A DNA stretch of 64,000 nt from Lama glama (lineage: Eukaryota): the NCBI GenBank assembly GCA_028534125.1, contig CM052816.1, positions 868,001-932,000 of the forward strand, written 5' to 3'. Both the position numbers and the translations under genes were made by a program. The first letter of the stretch is position 1. The number at the start of each line of letters is the position of its first letter. A model generated the notes under the pieces. That model was not told the origin of the DNA and made no database searches. It saw only the letters and a program-made list of their open reading frames with translations. Positions 14,936-31,215 of the stretch are shown in pieces.

Positions 14936-16164
14936 AAAATTCAGGAATCAAGATCTGAAGTTAGGGCCTGGCTATACCACTAATGACCTTGGGAAAAGTC
15001 ACTCAATCCTTCTAGATCAGGAGACAGCAAAGTTCTGCTGTAAACGGCCAGATAATCTTTTATACTTTAAGGACCAAGAAGCAAAATCAAGGATATTAAT
15101 AAGTAAGTAACATCGATGTATGAGAGAAAACTTCTGCCCATTCCCACCCCATTTGCCTGAGCTGGGCAATCTCGGATGGTGGGTGCGCTGGAGACATTCT
15201 TAGGAAAAAGAGTGACAGGCCAGAGTTGGAAGGAAGTCCTGGCTGGCCAAGTGGGTAAAAGAAACAGTCAATGTCACTCTCTGTACCAAAGATACTCAGA
15301 TCCTGATGCCTTCTCTGCACCCCAGGAGCCCAAAAATCTCAACTTAGGCAGCTGGCTAGAAGCAAGGTAACTCCCTGACTCCCAGACTCAAATTCCACCA
15401 TTCAGTGCCTAGCAGTTGCCAGCCACAGGGTCCCTAATGCGTAGGTGGCGATGAATGAGTATGGGCCCTGGGAAGTGGCAAGGTTCAGCCACCCTGCCAG
15501 GGATTGGGGGGATGGGGGAAAAGGTCAGACAGGAGGGATGTCCTGGCTTGGTCCCTGAAGTTCAGTGCCAGGCCATTCCAGTGCCTGCTGGCCTTACAAA
15601 AAGAGACAGGGGGAAGGGGTGGGAAGGGGAAAATACCTAAAAATACTCCATGGGGAGGGGTGAACAATAATGAAAAAGGCTGAGAAACACTGGACTAGAA
15701 GACATCAGGTCTCTGCAATGCTAACATTCACTAATTCCTCCCCTCTATTAAACACCCTGGCCCCCTCTCATGCTCAGGGCTGCTCTGCCCACCACCCACC
15801 ATCTATCCTGGGGCCTCGGGCTTCTCTGATGGCTGCTATGTGCATTTTGCCTTGCCCCCTGTGCTATCTGGCATGGTGGGCACAGCAGTATGGGGCAGTG
15901 GCTCTGGGGTTAGGTGTCTGGGGTGGTAAGCCTGGTCTGCAGCCCTGGGGGCCAGGCACCCAACCTCTGTAAACTAGGCCTATTTTCACTCCATTTTGGA
16001 ACCTAGGAATACACGTTTCTTGGTCCTCAAAGGCCCCTCTCTCCTCACAACCCTGGGAAGGTATCTACCTTTCTCCACTGCCCCTCGTCAGAGGGTCCAG
16101 TCACCATTTGTGAGAGTGGGCAGCCCACCTTCTGCTCTGACCACAGAGCCAGTCAGCCCTGTCA

Positions 16165-16389
<225 letters not shown>

Positions 16390-17329
16390 TCAAATGAGCA
16401 TCACACTCTCTTCCTCCCCTTTCTTCTCTTCAGATGACAAAAGCCTCCAACTCTCCGCCTGCATGCATATAGATCCACGCTCTAAAGGTAGGATCCTGAC
16501 AACGACATAACCACACACTCAGAGCTAGAATGAACCTGGCTTGAGCCACTCACCACACAAAGTCTTCCCATATGGTGTCCCCCCTCCCAATGAGCAATCT
16601 TCCTCATAATTTTGATCTCTAAATAGTTTTCCAATGACTTTATGCCTGTGCTAAAAATCCTTCAATGGTTCTCCACCACCTGCAAAATATGAGGCTCTCA
16701 CTGCTCTCTCATTTCTAGGCTCCTCTCCTGCACCTACCCCTTCAACACAGACTCTTAGTTTTAGTCATATAAAACTCCGTTGTCTTTTCCTGAGCATAAT
16801 TCCGTAACTTTATCCGTGCTGTTCCCTCTGCCTGGGACTGCCCTTCTTCACTTGGCCCGAGGCATTCTTCCTTTAAAACCCATCTACCTGACCATGGCCC
16901 CAGTGGTCCCCATCTCCAACCTCCTCTGTGGTTCCAAGGAACAAGAATATACCTCTGCAATCCTTCCCGGGTGCTATTTACAAGTGTCCCCAGCACAGGG
17001 CCTCATGGGAGCAGGGACCTCCCTTTACTTATATTAATTTCAATGCTTTTCTCTGCCCATCGGCTTTCCTTCCCATGCAATTAGTTGCTAAATGGAAAAC
17101 AAATACCCTCTCCTCCTAAGGTTTTCACTCGCACAGCAAATATGCACTTGAGCTCTGTATTCCAATCATTCGTAGGAGAGTCTTTTTCTTTGAAGGGTTG
17201 TGAGACCAGATAAACCTGACTTTGGGGCTCTTTCCTCTTTTTATGTCTTCTGCGTTTGCTGCCTCTCTCCCTCCTTTTCCTTGAGGGGTAAGAAAGGGTA
17301 GAAGAGCTGAAGCCTAGATGCCAATCTGA

Positions 17330-17480
17330 ACCTGAGTGCAGCCAGGTGACCCGCTGCAAGCTGTGCTTCCAGTTTCCTCATCTGAAAAAGGGAACTGGGA
17401 ATAACACAACCTACTTCATGGACGCTATGCTTGGCACAGTGTCTGGCATGTAGCAAAAGATCAGTATTAAATGTTATCTA
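17330..17480. mobile_element. MIR fragment
   Basis: MIR core CAGTTTCCTCATCTGAAAA and GCACAGTGTCTGGCATGTAG; similar relics near 4880-4990 and 18980-19170. Confidence 0.55.
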
Positions 17481-19756
17481 GAACTCCTCACCTGGGTCTA
17501 AGCTGCCAGCGACGGCCTGATAATGACCTTTCATCTAAAGAGGTTACTGACCTGGAGTACAAAAGGCAGCTGTTTGCACAAGGTAATGGGTGAAGAAAAA
17601 ATTGCAATATTACAATCAACCCATGACATAAAAATAGCACAGACCACACAAAACTTTGCCTTTCGCTATTACTTTCTCCTTTTCTCCAGGAGTGTCAATA
17701 ATTTCAACTCTATTAATTCAGAATTTATGATGCTTAAATTTCCCATTTAGTATTTTTCCAAAATTGTTGACAAAAAATTCATACACACAAATCCAAATAG
17801 GCTATTTAAGTGAAATTTTCAAGGATCTTCAACTTTTTTGGAGCTTTCTTCGTATACCATTTGTGCATTATTACTTATTCAATAAAGACATATTTCTACA
17901 GAACAACACTATGCCACGCTAGTGCTGGTTAGTGTACGTACGAAAGGAAACTACTTGCCTGTAAAATACCCTAAGTAAGTTAGAAAGGGAATCATTCAAA
18001 TTAGTTCCATATAATAAAACTTATGTATTTACATTTGCTAATCAGTTAATGTCAGATTATTGGTGTCTATGTGGCCTCTCCAAATTGCAAAGCTCTGCAG
18101 GGTTAGCATTCAACAGACATGGCTATCACAAATTAAATCCAGTTTCAGAAAGCTCTTCAGAAGAGTCCTGCAAGGGGAGAGTGGAGAAGGGGGATGCCCA
18201 TGGATATTCCACCCTGCGATCCAGTTAACAAAGTGACTACACATTGTGTGATGAGCACAGTTAACTAGAAACTGAGGGGATAAAAAGGGAAGGACAAAAG
18301 GAGCTCACAACCTCGCCTGATAATGTAGGGCCTGAAAGGAAGACAGTATTACAGTGCAGTGATTCCTACAGTAGGCTGGGCTTTCTAAAGATATTCTCCC
18401 TGTCACTGGTTCAGAATCTCCAATGGTAGGGCCCACTGTACCTCTGAGACTCTCCACTAATAATTCAATCAGCCAGGTTTGACAATCTGTGGAAGGAATA
18501 GTTACTTGTCATAAGAAGTGCAGGTTTGTCTTAGCTATATGTACCATTCGTAGCTAACAAACCCTAGACACCTTACTCTAAAATTGGGTTAATGACAACA
18601 GTACCAAAATGAGGTTACTGGAGGAATCAGGAGAAGATGTGAAAACACAAGTCATAAAACAAAAAAGCTCTGTACAGACTACATAGAAGCAGCTACCCTC
18701 TCTTCCTCGTCCCACTGCTTCAAACCCAACTGGGCCTTCACTAAATAATGTTCTCTCTGCTGGCTGTCTCACACACAAATCTCCTTCACCCAAGTCCAGA
18801 AAGAGTCAGGATCAGAAGTAGGAGGCAAGATATTAACTAAACTAGAATCAGTCTCCAAGGAGAAAAGTCACACGTCCGAAAAGTCAAACAAACAGGAGGC
18901 ATCTAAATGGTGGTGACGCTGTTAACAGTATAGGCCAGGGGAAGCAGCCCTGGGCCGGGGGAGGGGGCATAGCCAAGTCTATCACTTACTAGTAGCCGTC
19001 TGGCCCTGTATGTATTACTTAAATCTCTCTTATTCTATTTCCCAATCTGTACAATGGCAACAGAAACCACATCAAACTCACAGGGTTGTTCTGAGTTTTA
19101 CACGAGATAGTCCATGAAAGGTGCTTAGTATGGCGCCTGAGGTACATGCTAAGCGTTCAGTAAATATTAACTTTTAATCCTGGGTAAATTGAAGTTCAAA
19201 GACATTCACAGACCAAGAGGCAGGTCTTCTGACTTAAAAGCCTCTCTCTTTTTTCTAAATTCTCAGGAAAGGTAAGAAGTCCTGGCCACTTCACCAGAAT
19301 GATGCAGATCCAACAAAATTCCTCAAGAGGAGAACCAAGCTATATCATGGAGTGGGTGGGGAACCTATTAGGAAATAAGTGTAGAGCATTTGGGTCTGAT
19401 ACCATTTGGGTCAATACTACACTCCTGTTCTTCCTTTCTTATTTGAGGCCCAAGTTCTTTTCCATTTCTAGGGACAGATTTAAGACTCATTCAGAGCTAA
19501 ATGAGACTGGTGGTAAAGCCCTAGGGGCTTGTCACTTGCACTCCTATACTTAAGACAGTGGAAGTGTAAAACAGCGGTAGCTTTTCCCCAGGAGACAAAG
19601 CCCAGTGATATGGCATCACCAGTTCTGCCGATTTCCTATGAGGAAGCCACTCTTCCCTATTCTTCATTGTGTCTACTTTGTCTCACTCTAACCCATCTTG
19701 GTGCCAGTAAGTGCTTAGGTCAGGAGAATCAGCTCAGCAGTGTATGAGATACTTTA

Positions 19757-20935
<1,179 letters not shown>

Positions 20936-20949
20936 TCATAAACCCCCGC

Positions 20950-21520
20950 CCCTCCTCACTTCCTGGCTCCTCCCCTTAATTTCCGGCCTTCCTCCCAACA
21001 CTTCCGGCGCCTACGAGCTACCCAAGCTCGCGAGTTCCCTCCGCGGTCGCGCTACGCCCTTTTCTGCCCCCCACCCCGCCCTGGCCCCCTTGACGACAGG
21101 AAACAGAGAGGGGACGCTCTAGCAGGCACTCAGGAGAAGGGCGAGAGGCTAGAAGGATAGAGGCCCACGTCTCTGTGATATGAGGGATCTGGGAATGCAG
21201 ACGAAACAGAAGGCCAGGCCTCCCCCATCGCCTGCCACTGGGGGTAAATTTCGGGGGACAGTGGTAGGGCTTGGCGCCCGTCCGCCTTCGGTACTATGAC
21301 CGCATCGGCCCAGAGCCATCCTACCGAACGGATTCGGAGAACTGCAGCAGGGACTCCCCACCGCCGATTCCGGAAGTGGAGGGGCGGGTGTCGACGAGCG
21401 CCCTGAAGTACTTCCGGCCCTTCTAGGCGGAGGACTTTGTTGTTTGAGGACTCCGAGCGTCGCTCCCGGACAGCCTAGGGGGCGGTGCCTGTAGAAGTGC
21501 GGTGGTGGTGGGACTGAAGA
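20950..21520 (-). promoter_or_regulatory. TRIM41: TRIM41 CpG-island promoter
   Basis: CpG-rich; several ETS cores (TTCCGG/CCGGAAGT at ~20981, 21002, 21370, 21411), CTCGCGAG palindrome (~21027), GC boxes. Confidence 0.6.
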
Positions 21521-22726
21521 CACCCCCTGCTCATTCCCATAGTAGAAGGCATTTCCACATCCGTATTAGAAACTGCTGTCAGTGACTATAGCATCCTTTA
21601 GGTGAGCTTCACTAACTGTCCATCAGTAAAGGAATGGTGGCAAATCATTACGTGCGTAGCGGAACACTTTAGATGTAAAAAGGGAATCCTCTTCAAAATG
21701 TATTCTAAAGTGAAAATTCGAAATGTATTCTGAAGTGAAAAAAGCAAAGTGCTGAACACCGTAGAGAATATCTGTAAAAAAGAGGGTGGGGATAGGATGT
21801 TAAAAGTATTTGATAGCTTTATAGTTCCGTGTTTAAAATGAGGGCAATAGTTCCTGTATCAGAGGGTTTAGAGACATTAGGGTTAATGTCATGCAAAACG
21901 ATTAGAATGTTACTTAACACATAGTGAGATACAAGGTTTAGCTACCCATTGTTATCGTCGTGTTATCTCTGGAAGTGTACTAATAGCAGAGTCTCTGGGA
22001 AGTAAGGGATACGAAGGACACTTTTCCGTATATGTCATTATGTGTCTTGAATTTGAACCAAGTCAATATATTGCCTTAAAGAAAAAGAAAAAAGGAAAAA
22101 AACGGATGTTATCAATTCATTCAACACTTTGTTCGCTGTGCACCCGAGTGCTCCACGTCCAAAATACCTCGAAGTCTGTCTTCATGGAGTCGCAATCTAA
22201 GAGTAAGGACTCAATTAGTTTGAAGAATTGATTTTATTTGAGAGAATCCTATCCGGGATATAGATTGATATTAGTATTAGTAAAGATGCTGCTGTAGTAC
22301 CCAGAGCGTCCCTGCCAAATGGATTATTTGTGCAATAGAAATAATGCTTGATGCTTTAAAAAATTTTTCGCTTAATTAAAAAAAACTGCGGGGGAAGTTA
22401 CAGGACCGTTACTCATGTACAGACTCCCCAGTGAGTGTTAGACTCTGTACGCAGAATTTACCTTGCTCTCGAAGCGCCTCCCGTCCCCTGGGGAAACTTC
22501 AGATGTACGCGTGCTTCCTAAGGGGTGGTCTGAACGGTCCAAAACTACGGATCCTCGTGGGTGAATTATACTAGGCCGTGCCAGGAGCTTCGAGCGCTGC
22601 TGTGGCGGAGAAGTACAATCCTAAGACCTAAACGCAGCTCAGCCGGCCGCGGTAAATTCCTTGCCCGCTGCAATTCTCGGCAGTGTCTAGATTCAGGGAG
22701 TTATCAGCGTCTGCGCTAGACAAGCT

Positions 22727-22799
22727 GTTTCCGTAGTGTAGTGGTTATCACGTTCGCCTCACACGCGAAAGGTCCCCGGTTCGAAACCGGGCGGAAACA
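22727..22799 (+). tRNA. tRNA-Val(CAC)
   Basis: Canonical GTTTCCGTAGTGTAGTGG...GGGCGGAAACA, anticodon CAC, TTTT terminator immediately downstream. Confidence 0.97.
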
Positions 22800-23182
22800 A
22801 GTTTTGTTCTAGTTTTTAATTCTATAGTCACGGCTTGTCCCGCTTTCGGGGTAGTGGAGGCTGTCAGAAGCAGTGAAAGAAATGGTAAATGTCCATCTCT
22901 GTGTCAGGTAACGAGGGGGCACCGCAGCAGACCACACTCTCCATTAAGTCTTGTGATGTAAATTGAAGTCTCGCACCTCAGCTGGTCTTTTTGCTCTTCC
23001 CCTCTAAAGCCCGCACGGCCACCTCTCTCCTATGTCAGATCCCTCGAGTCTAATCACTGGGACAGAGCCAGGCGCACAGTAGGCCCTCCAAAATGCTTGT
23101 GCAGTTGTTTCTCAAAGTGTGTCTATATATCCTTGCTTGTGGGTCTTGGTCCCCTGAGACGGAGACGAGTTTCCCGCCAACC

Positions 23183-23255
23183 GCCCGGCTAGCTCAGTCG
23201 GTAGAGCATGAGACTCTTAATCTCAGGGTCGTGGGTTCGAGCCCCACGTTGGGCG
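23183..23255 (+). tRNA. tRNA-Lys(CTT)
   Basis: Canonical GCCCGGCTAGCTCAGTCGG...CGTTGGGCG, anticodon CTT, TTTT downstream. Confidence 0.97.
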
Positions 23256-26036
23256 TTTGCCTTCCTTTTGGAAATGAAGGTCAAGAACTCGTAAAGGCAC
23301 CTCAGGCCACGATTTCGCTTGCTGAAATTTGCCTACCAATGTCCAATGTCTATTAGTCACCCTCTACTTACGAGACGACCCGCCCAGGTGTCTCTGGTAA
23401 GCTACCCTGGGAGGGCGGGCATGGAGTGGCCTCTGGAAGCTGTGGTGGGACTCCAGGGCCACCCGATTGGCGACCACCTTATGAGGTAATTTTGAGGTTA
23501 CTGTTCTGCGCTCTCACCGCTGCCTCTCGGTTTCGATATCTGGTAAAGAAAGAAGTACTCTGTAATTGGAGACCCTCATGTTAAGTATATTCTCTTTAAG
23601 CTCGATATTAAGAGTCGATCTTTTGTGGAATGTTACCCCACACATCCCAGCCTCCACATCCCGCCCACACACAAATGAATTTTAGTAAAAATGTCCTTTT
23701 GGGGGGAAACACCCTCACATGAATATCCTCCGTTTACCGGTCTTGTCGCGAAATTCTCTCTTAACTTCATTTGAATTCATTTCTTTGTATTTACTGTTTC
23801 TCAGTCCTGCAAATTCAGCCCATTTTCCATTTTCCGTCCTTAGAAGTCTCCCCACATGACATACCAGATCACAAGAGAAGTCTGTTGATCACACAAAGCC
23901 GGTTTATTAAACTTGCTTAGCGAAGGATAGCATCGCCTTCAGTTTCGGAAGTGTATGGAAGGGCGAAGTTAGGGAGGGTTTAGCACTACACCCTCTGAGG
24001 GCAGTCTGGACAGGAATTGGGCAGAGTTTGTAAAACGCGTCCCTGGGGAGTGACTGTTACTATGGTCTTTGCTTGGAACGTAGGAGTCTAAACAGGCTGG
24101 TGTTCGAAGAGTTTGAACTTTGGCGTTTTGTCTTACACAAAAGCTTGTGGATTCGTTTGCAAAATGGTTTCAAGGTCGTTTTTACCACCTTCACTGGGAC
24201 TGGAAAACATTCCTGAAAGAGCCAGGCTTTTTCACTGAGACAGCCGAAGTGGACAGGTTTCTCTTTCCTGTCTCCCAACAAACCAAGGGCACGCCCGCCT
24301 GACCTTTTGCTGCAATTCCCGCTTGTGTCGCCTCTCCACCCTTTCCACCGCCGCCCCTCTGGCCAGGTCTGATTTGGAATCCCCTCCTAGTAAGCAGCGT
24401 GACCTACGTTGCTCTTGGCTTTCACCAGTTCAAACCTTAAGCAAACGCGTAGTAAGATCTTTGGTCTTTTTCTCGGGCGGTGATAAAGGCCGCAGAGGCA
24501 GAAGGACTCGCTCTGATTTATGTTCTAGAGGGATTCTTTCAGGAATGATGAGCAGGAGTTGTGAGGGGAGTGAGGCTGCATCAGGGAGAGGGGCTGGAAG
24601 GACACAGCCAAGGTCCAAACAGGAAGCGGCCGGCGCCGGGGGCTGGAGAAGGCTGGATGCGTGGCTTGTGTCCTGGACCGGAGAGGGCTCTCCGGATTTT
24701 TGCTTTACGTGGTTTAATAGCCAAGATCAGAGACTGAAGTTTGGGAGTGGAGGGGGAGAGAGGAGAGAGGAGTAGTGATTTCAGTCTTGAATAGGTTGTG
24801 GGACATCTAAAAGGACATACCCAGGATACGCGGATTTGAAACTTGTGGAGAACAGTCATAGCTGGAGTCAGATGCGAGGGTAGAGGGTGGCTCAAGCTGA
24901 GAGCTGGAATCTGACCGTCGGAGAGATGGACCTGGGTACATGGAGGAGGAGTCGGTATAGGAGGAAAGGCAGCAGTGAGGCTTCCATTGAAGCCAAGGGA
25001 GTCAAGATGTGCAACAAAGAGGGGACAGATGGGTAAAATCAAATTGTAGTAGAAGTAGGGAAAATGGTAAAGCGTGCATGGACTGGGCCACCTACAGGCC
25101 CCCGGTGACCTTGAACTAGACTCGGACAGCAGGGCCTCCGGCCCTGTGCTCCGGTGGAGCGGGGTTTTTAGAGTCACAGGCGTATTAAGGATCCCTATTC
25201 AGTAGCACTCAGCCTCCGTTCCAATTCCTGGCTGCCTAAGTCTTTGGGAACCAACGTCGGCGATGGAAGAGCGCTTTGCAATATTAAATCATGGATACTA
25301 TTGATTTGCATACATGTTGGTCTACATACAACGTTAAACCTCAACCCAATTCTGGACATTGAATGCTAGGATTAATGAGTTTTATTTTTATAAAATACTT
25401 AAAAGATTCCATTACGTTTTCAAAATTTAACAAAAAATTTCAGCTTTATTTAAATAACATCGACCTAAAATTTGATCTTCAAATCAATTAATGTCAATCT
25501 CTCATTTATTGTTAATAATTTTGTATAATTTATAAGAAATACATAATTATTTTGAAAGCATATGTAAAATTAATTTTATTTTTGCTTGTTCATATTTGCT
25601 TTAATTCATATTTTGACGCAAATATATTCGAATCTCCTGTAGTTTGAATGCACTTTGCGTTTTTGAATCCTTTAGGTCAATCCTGTCAATGGAGCACAAA
25701 TTATGTGAAAATTTAAACCCTTAAGCTGTCTCCCTAGAAGAGAGTTAATGAAGGTCATCCAATGTCAAGCCACATCTTACCTTCTCTTCTGCAAGGCCTG
25801 CGGCTTTTATTCACTCCTTTTTTAAAATTTTTATTTTTGTTGCTCGACTTGTTTTCGCAACCCACTAACAGGTTGCTTTCCGCAGTTTGACATACATTGT
25901 TATCCGGAGCCGACCGACCGATATTGTGGGGCGAAATGGTTCCAAGGGCGCTGATGTAACAGGTAAGGCCAGGGTAGCTGGGCCATGACCAGGACTACAA
26001 GGCCTATAAGACTTAAGGAAAGACGTACTGTCAGCT

Positions 26037-26109
26037 GTTTCCGTAGTGTAGTGGTTATCACGTTCGCCTAACACGCGAAAGGTCCCCGGTTCGAAACCGG
26101 GCGGAAACA
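26037..26109 (+). tRNA. tRNA-Val(AAC)
   Basis: Canonical Val body, anticodon AAC, TTTTT at ~26129. Confidence 0.97.
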
Positions 26110-29100
26110 GGGGGGGGGGTTCCTTTGGTTTTTCATTCCTCCCAGAACAGTTCTAATTAGTTTATGTACCTGTTTACTTACTGTCTTTGGTTGCCAGAAG
26201 GTTTGCGCATAAAAACACGCAGGTTTTACTACAGTTTTATCTGTGCTCCTGTCTTTTCTGATCTATTACCAGTTCCCTTCAACTAGTATATTCCAGATCT
26301 CTAAGCCTACAGTGCGAAAAAGGTGGCCTATGTCATTAGACCCTACCTCCACAGAAGTTACAATCCCAGCCGATTAAAAGGCGACAAACGGCGAGAATGA
26401 GACAGAACAAGCACTGCTTGGAGTCTTCAATCCAGAGTTCCTGGCCGAAGAGGTGTCAGCAGAGACGCACACGGTGTGGACCTCTGCCGTGCAGCACGCT
26501 TCTACACCTGGAGGACAGGGTTCACGCTTTCATACACCTGACAGGCGGCCAACTTACACACTCGAGAAGCAGCTTCTTTCCCAGCACCTCTGTCAAGCTG
26601 GAAAGGCAAGTAAATAAAACATTAACGTGGTAAGTGAAATTCTCTTGACAGTTTCACACGTCTTAAATGCAGACAAAGCGTAACCAAAAATAGTCCAGTG
26701 ATGGCAAAAGTTGTTAGGCCACGTGCATTGGCATAACTTACACACAAAATAATCAATATCATGCTCATCTCTTTACCATCGGTCTTTTATACTTGTTTGT
26801 ATACCTTATCAGAATTTACAGATATAAACCCAACCAAGAAGGCCAGGGCCCAGCCATGGAACTTAAAGCCCTAGAGGACTGAGCCGTGAAGGATTTTGGA
26901 CCCCGCTTGAAAGAATTCACCCGGAGTTTCCCCTGCTGACCCAATTTCTTTTTTGTCCTCATGTTTTACTGACTGATGTGAGATGATCAGTACATTCCCC
27001 CCATCCTGGGCTCTGGACTGCCCTCTCCGAGCTGACCTCCTTGGTTGGCCCCAAGACTCTAGGAGGCCAGGACCATCACTCAGTCCTGTCACTCTTCTCC
27101 AGGTGGATTTTTGGTCTGTGCCTCGGCTAACATGAGAGTTATCTGTCCTCCTTGGAGAGACAGTAAACAAATCCAATACAACACAATCAAGCCCAAAGAA
27201 CTAGCTGGGCTGGGCAAGAAGCTCTACAGGAAACTGTCTCATGTGAGTCATATTTCTTTTGAGTTACATTTAATGCTAACTCGTCAATAGGGCATTACAG
27301 CTTTCCTAGATTCATCTTGTTTCAATTAATGCTAAAACGATTCCTTTTTTAATGCTTAAATTGTACCTTCTTGTCAGTGGGAGCCCCTTTAAATTGGTCT
27401 CTCTGTCCTTTCAGCATTGCCTTGACAATCTGAAAGCACCAGGGAGCTTGTTCTTTTGTTTGTTTATTTGTTTGTTTGTTTAGTGAAGAGTAAAACAAAA
27501 GCGCCAAACTTCGGTGCTAGGGCAATGCATGGGGCCAAAGGTCCCTGGGCTCCTCCAGTTCTGAGTTATCCTAGGGAAAAAGTTTACAGGGTATGAGCTT
27601 ACACTGGGGGGTTCTGTTTAATTGTAGCTTTGCCAGATCATTACTTTTAAAAAAAAAAAAAAAACCTCAACATCATTACTATTCCAAATGATTTACCTAT
27701 ATCTCTCACTCAAAAGTAATTGTATTACTTTTTGCTTTATTTTTAAAACTTTTATTAGAAAATTTAAAGTAGATAGAACGGAATTACAAAATCCCAAATA
27801 CTCATCACCCAGCTTCAACACTTGTCTCTCCACCATTCCTGTTCTATCTCTGCCTCTGCTACTTCCCACTCCACTCACTCTTTTCTTAATAGTCCTCATA
27901 GATCTCATGGCCTGTCCTTCTGTGGTCACTCAGTTGGTCATTTCCCCTTTCCTCTGGTTGTTCTGTTACTCCGTAAACCTTCAGAGTTAGGAAATAAAAC
28001 AAAGAGCTACAAATCCCATGAATTGGGTCCTTACCATGGACTAGAAACTGTTCCAGGTGCTGGACATACATTGACCCTTTTGTATCTTTGCAACAAACCT
28101 ATGGTGAGTCACTATTCAAAGGAAACTTCATTCATTCATCCAATTACATTGCAGTGAAAAAGACAGGTCAGGTCCCCGGAGTCTTCAGTGTTTACCTTCT
28201 GATAGGTAATTAAATAACAAACAAATAAACAGAAAAATAATCTCAGAGAGTGACAAGCACTATGAGGAAGTTAATGAAGGTGATCTGATAGAGTGGCAGG
28301 CAGAGGAAAGGTGCATCAGAAGATGTGGCAAAGAGCTGAGTCAGGAAGATGAGAAAGAGCCAGCATTCCAAAGATCTTGGGGGAAGAGGCCTTGGGGAGA
28401 GGAAGCAGAGTCCAAAGGCTCTGAAGTCAGAGTAAACTTGGTGGATTCAAGGACAGAGGGCAGACGAGGGGCTTGGAGGCTAAGGAGCTATACCTCCTTA
28501 GCTCTGTACCCTGATGACTGCATCCACACCACTTCATGGTTTTGTTTGCAAGTGGATAGAAAAATTAATGGAGGACACTGGATCTTATGTCTTAGAGGAC
28601 TCCCAAAGAGGAACACAGTAGGAGTTTTTTGTTTTTTTTTTAACACAAGGTGGATATTTTAAGGACAAATAAATGAACACATAGGTTCACTCAGAAAATT
28701 GCAAATAAACAATAAACCTGGAGTTTCTAAGTGCTATGGGTCAGTGATTAAAGCAGGGAGCCTACAGCAGCAATACAGAACATTCAGGCACCAGCTCAAG
28801 ATTCCAGATATGAGAGCCAGTCTGTGCCTCATCCTTTACCTAACCATGAAATGAGAGGTTCAGATAAAGTCTGTAATTGTCATTGGAAAAGCCTAAGAGT
28901 CTGTCACCAGTGCCTTAGAGATTCAGGATGATGCCTTTTCGTAACCTTAATTCACAAAGGAACCAGTGAAAGGAGTTGCTCCTGTTGTTTCAAAAATTTC
29001 TAGCTTTGTATGGAAAACAACAATATTTGTAAGTTGAATTAAAACTCTTGAGAAGACCTTGACTTTAACATTTGCGACTATAAATACATTGAATATTAGT

Positions 29101-30764
29101 CACAAAAGAAGTATGTATTCTTTTCCATATTTAAAAGGCTGCTCCTTGCCCTTATACACTAAACATCTCAAATGACAGCAGAGAGGGTTTCCCAAAATAT
29201 CCGGTGATTTTAATCCAGTTGGTCCTAACACAGAATGGTGGAGCAGGTCATTCTGGGTCATCTCTTTTGGCCACTCTTCCTCTGGCAGGCAGTCCTCCAG
29301 AATTAGCTTGCTCTGGTTGACATTTTGTCTTCCTCCTTACCCAAAGTTCGCATTCCCCATGAAACCAGCATGTGACTGAGACCTGCCTTTTTTTCTGAGG
29401 GGAGTTGCATCTTTAAACTAATGTGACATTAAATGAACAGCAATGAAATAATGGGGTGAGCATTTGATGATAGTTGAGCCATCTGTCCTCATGGACAGTG
29501 GGAGAATGATTTTGTAAAGTCTGGGTAAGGGAAACAAGTGACTGCTAAAGAAAGAGATGCTCCTGGAGTATTTCTAGACTAGTTAGAATATAGCCATGAA
29601 TATATTAAACCTGGAGATAATTTTGTGTTTCAGTGAGGTCTTTAAATTAAAATATTCAAGTGGCTGGTTGATTAATAGTTTTCATATAAATTATATATTA
29701 TCATTACTATAGAACAATTCACAAACTACATGCATGATCTAGTAATTTACATATGTCCTACATGACACCAAGGCCAAGTGGAAAATCAGATATAAATTTA
29801 ATTTCTTATTTCTGATTGGAGTCTTTCTGTACAAGGGAGGAAATTTGCAGAGTGAAAAATAAATAAACAGGCATTTCCAATTACATCATGGCTTTGCAAG
29901 TGAAGAAAACATGATGAGCAGTGCAGAAACGGGTCTGAAAACAGAGAAAATAATGTTATCCTATAGAATTGCATGAGAAATCATAAATTAGAGTTGATAA
30001 TGTGATCTTTAAAACCTTTTGTTCAAGTACGCTCCTGTGAGGGGCAAAATGAAAATCCTTCTCCTGGCTAGGTTGGTACGCTGTGCACCCTGCAATGGTT
30101 ATTATCTTATAGGACAGTGAGGGACCCTGGCAATTTTAAAGGGGTAGGGACAGTCACATGTTAGGTTTGTTGCTAAAGTAGCCCATTGCCACCAAAGCAA
30201 TGGAAAAACAGTCAGTTTCATTCACTGGTGGGAGGTAATATCAGCCTGTAGGACCCACAGCCTGGTGATTTGTCTTTTTCAATAAAACTATAACTGCGTA
30301 TAAACTTTGATCCAGCAAATTCATGTCTGGGAATTTTGCTGCACAGATATAAGACAAAAGTGTAAAATGACAGTGCTACATGCTTATTAACTGCAGTATT
30401 GATTATAATAAAAGAGAGTGTAAACTATAAATATCCATCAGTATGTGATCTGTTAAACAAACTAGGATTCATCTACAGTGGAATATTATGCAGCTGAAAA
30501 AATAGGGAAATTTCTATGTCTTGAGATGGCAAGACCTTCAAAATGCAACAGAGCTGTAATTATCTTTTTGTGTAAAATAGGGGCAAATAAAAATATATTT
30601 GCATCAAAAGAAACTCGAAGAATATGTACACAGATACAAAAGTTGTTATCTAAGGAGGAAGGAGGGAAGTTAGATTCTTTTCGCTGAATATTTTTATAGA
30701 TGATTCCATTTTTGAGCAGTACTGTATATTACCTACTCAAAAGATGTTTAAAATGCTCATGTTG

Positions 30765-31215
30765 TGGTGCAAACTCTGGAAGTAGTATGGTGATTCCACA
30801 AAAAATTAAGCATAAAAAATACCACATGATCAGCAATTCTACTTCTAGATATAGACCGAAAAGAAGTGAAAGCAGGAATTCGAACAAGTGTGCTATTGGT
30901 ACACCCATGTTCATTATGCTAAGTGAAATAAGCCAATCAACAAAGGACAAATACTGTATGATTCTTCTTACATGAGCTCCCGAGAGTAGTCAAAGTCATA
31001 GGGACAGAAAGTGGAACGGCGGTTGCCAGCGGTTGGGAGAAAGATAGAACGGGGAGTTCATGTTTACTGGGTAGAGTTTCGGTTGGGGAATAGGAAAAAG
31101 TTTGGCGATGGATGGTGGTGATGGTTGCCCAACAATGTGACTGTATTTAAAGCCACAGAACTGTGCACTTAAAAATGATTAAAATTGTAAATTTTATTAC
31201 GTACGTTTTAAACAG
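30765..31215 (+). mobile_element. L1 3' end fragment (L1MA/MB-like)
   Basis: ATGCTAAGTGAAATAAGCCA, GACAAATACTGTATGATT, GGATGGTGGTGATGGTTGC, ACTGTGCACTTAAAAATG motifs. Confidence 0.75.
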
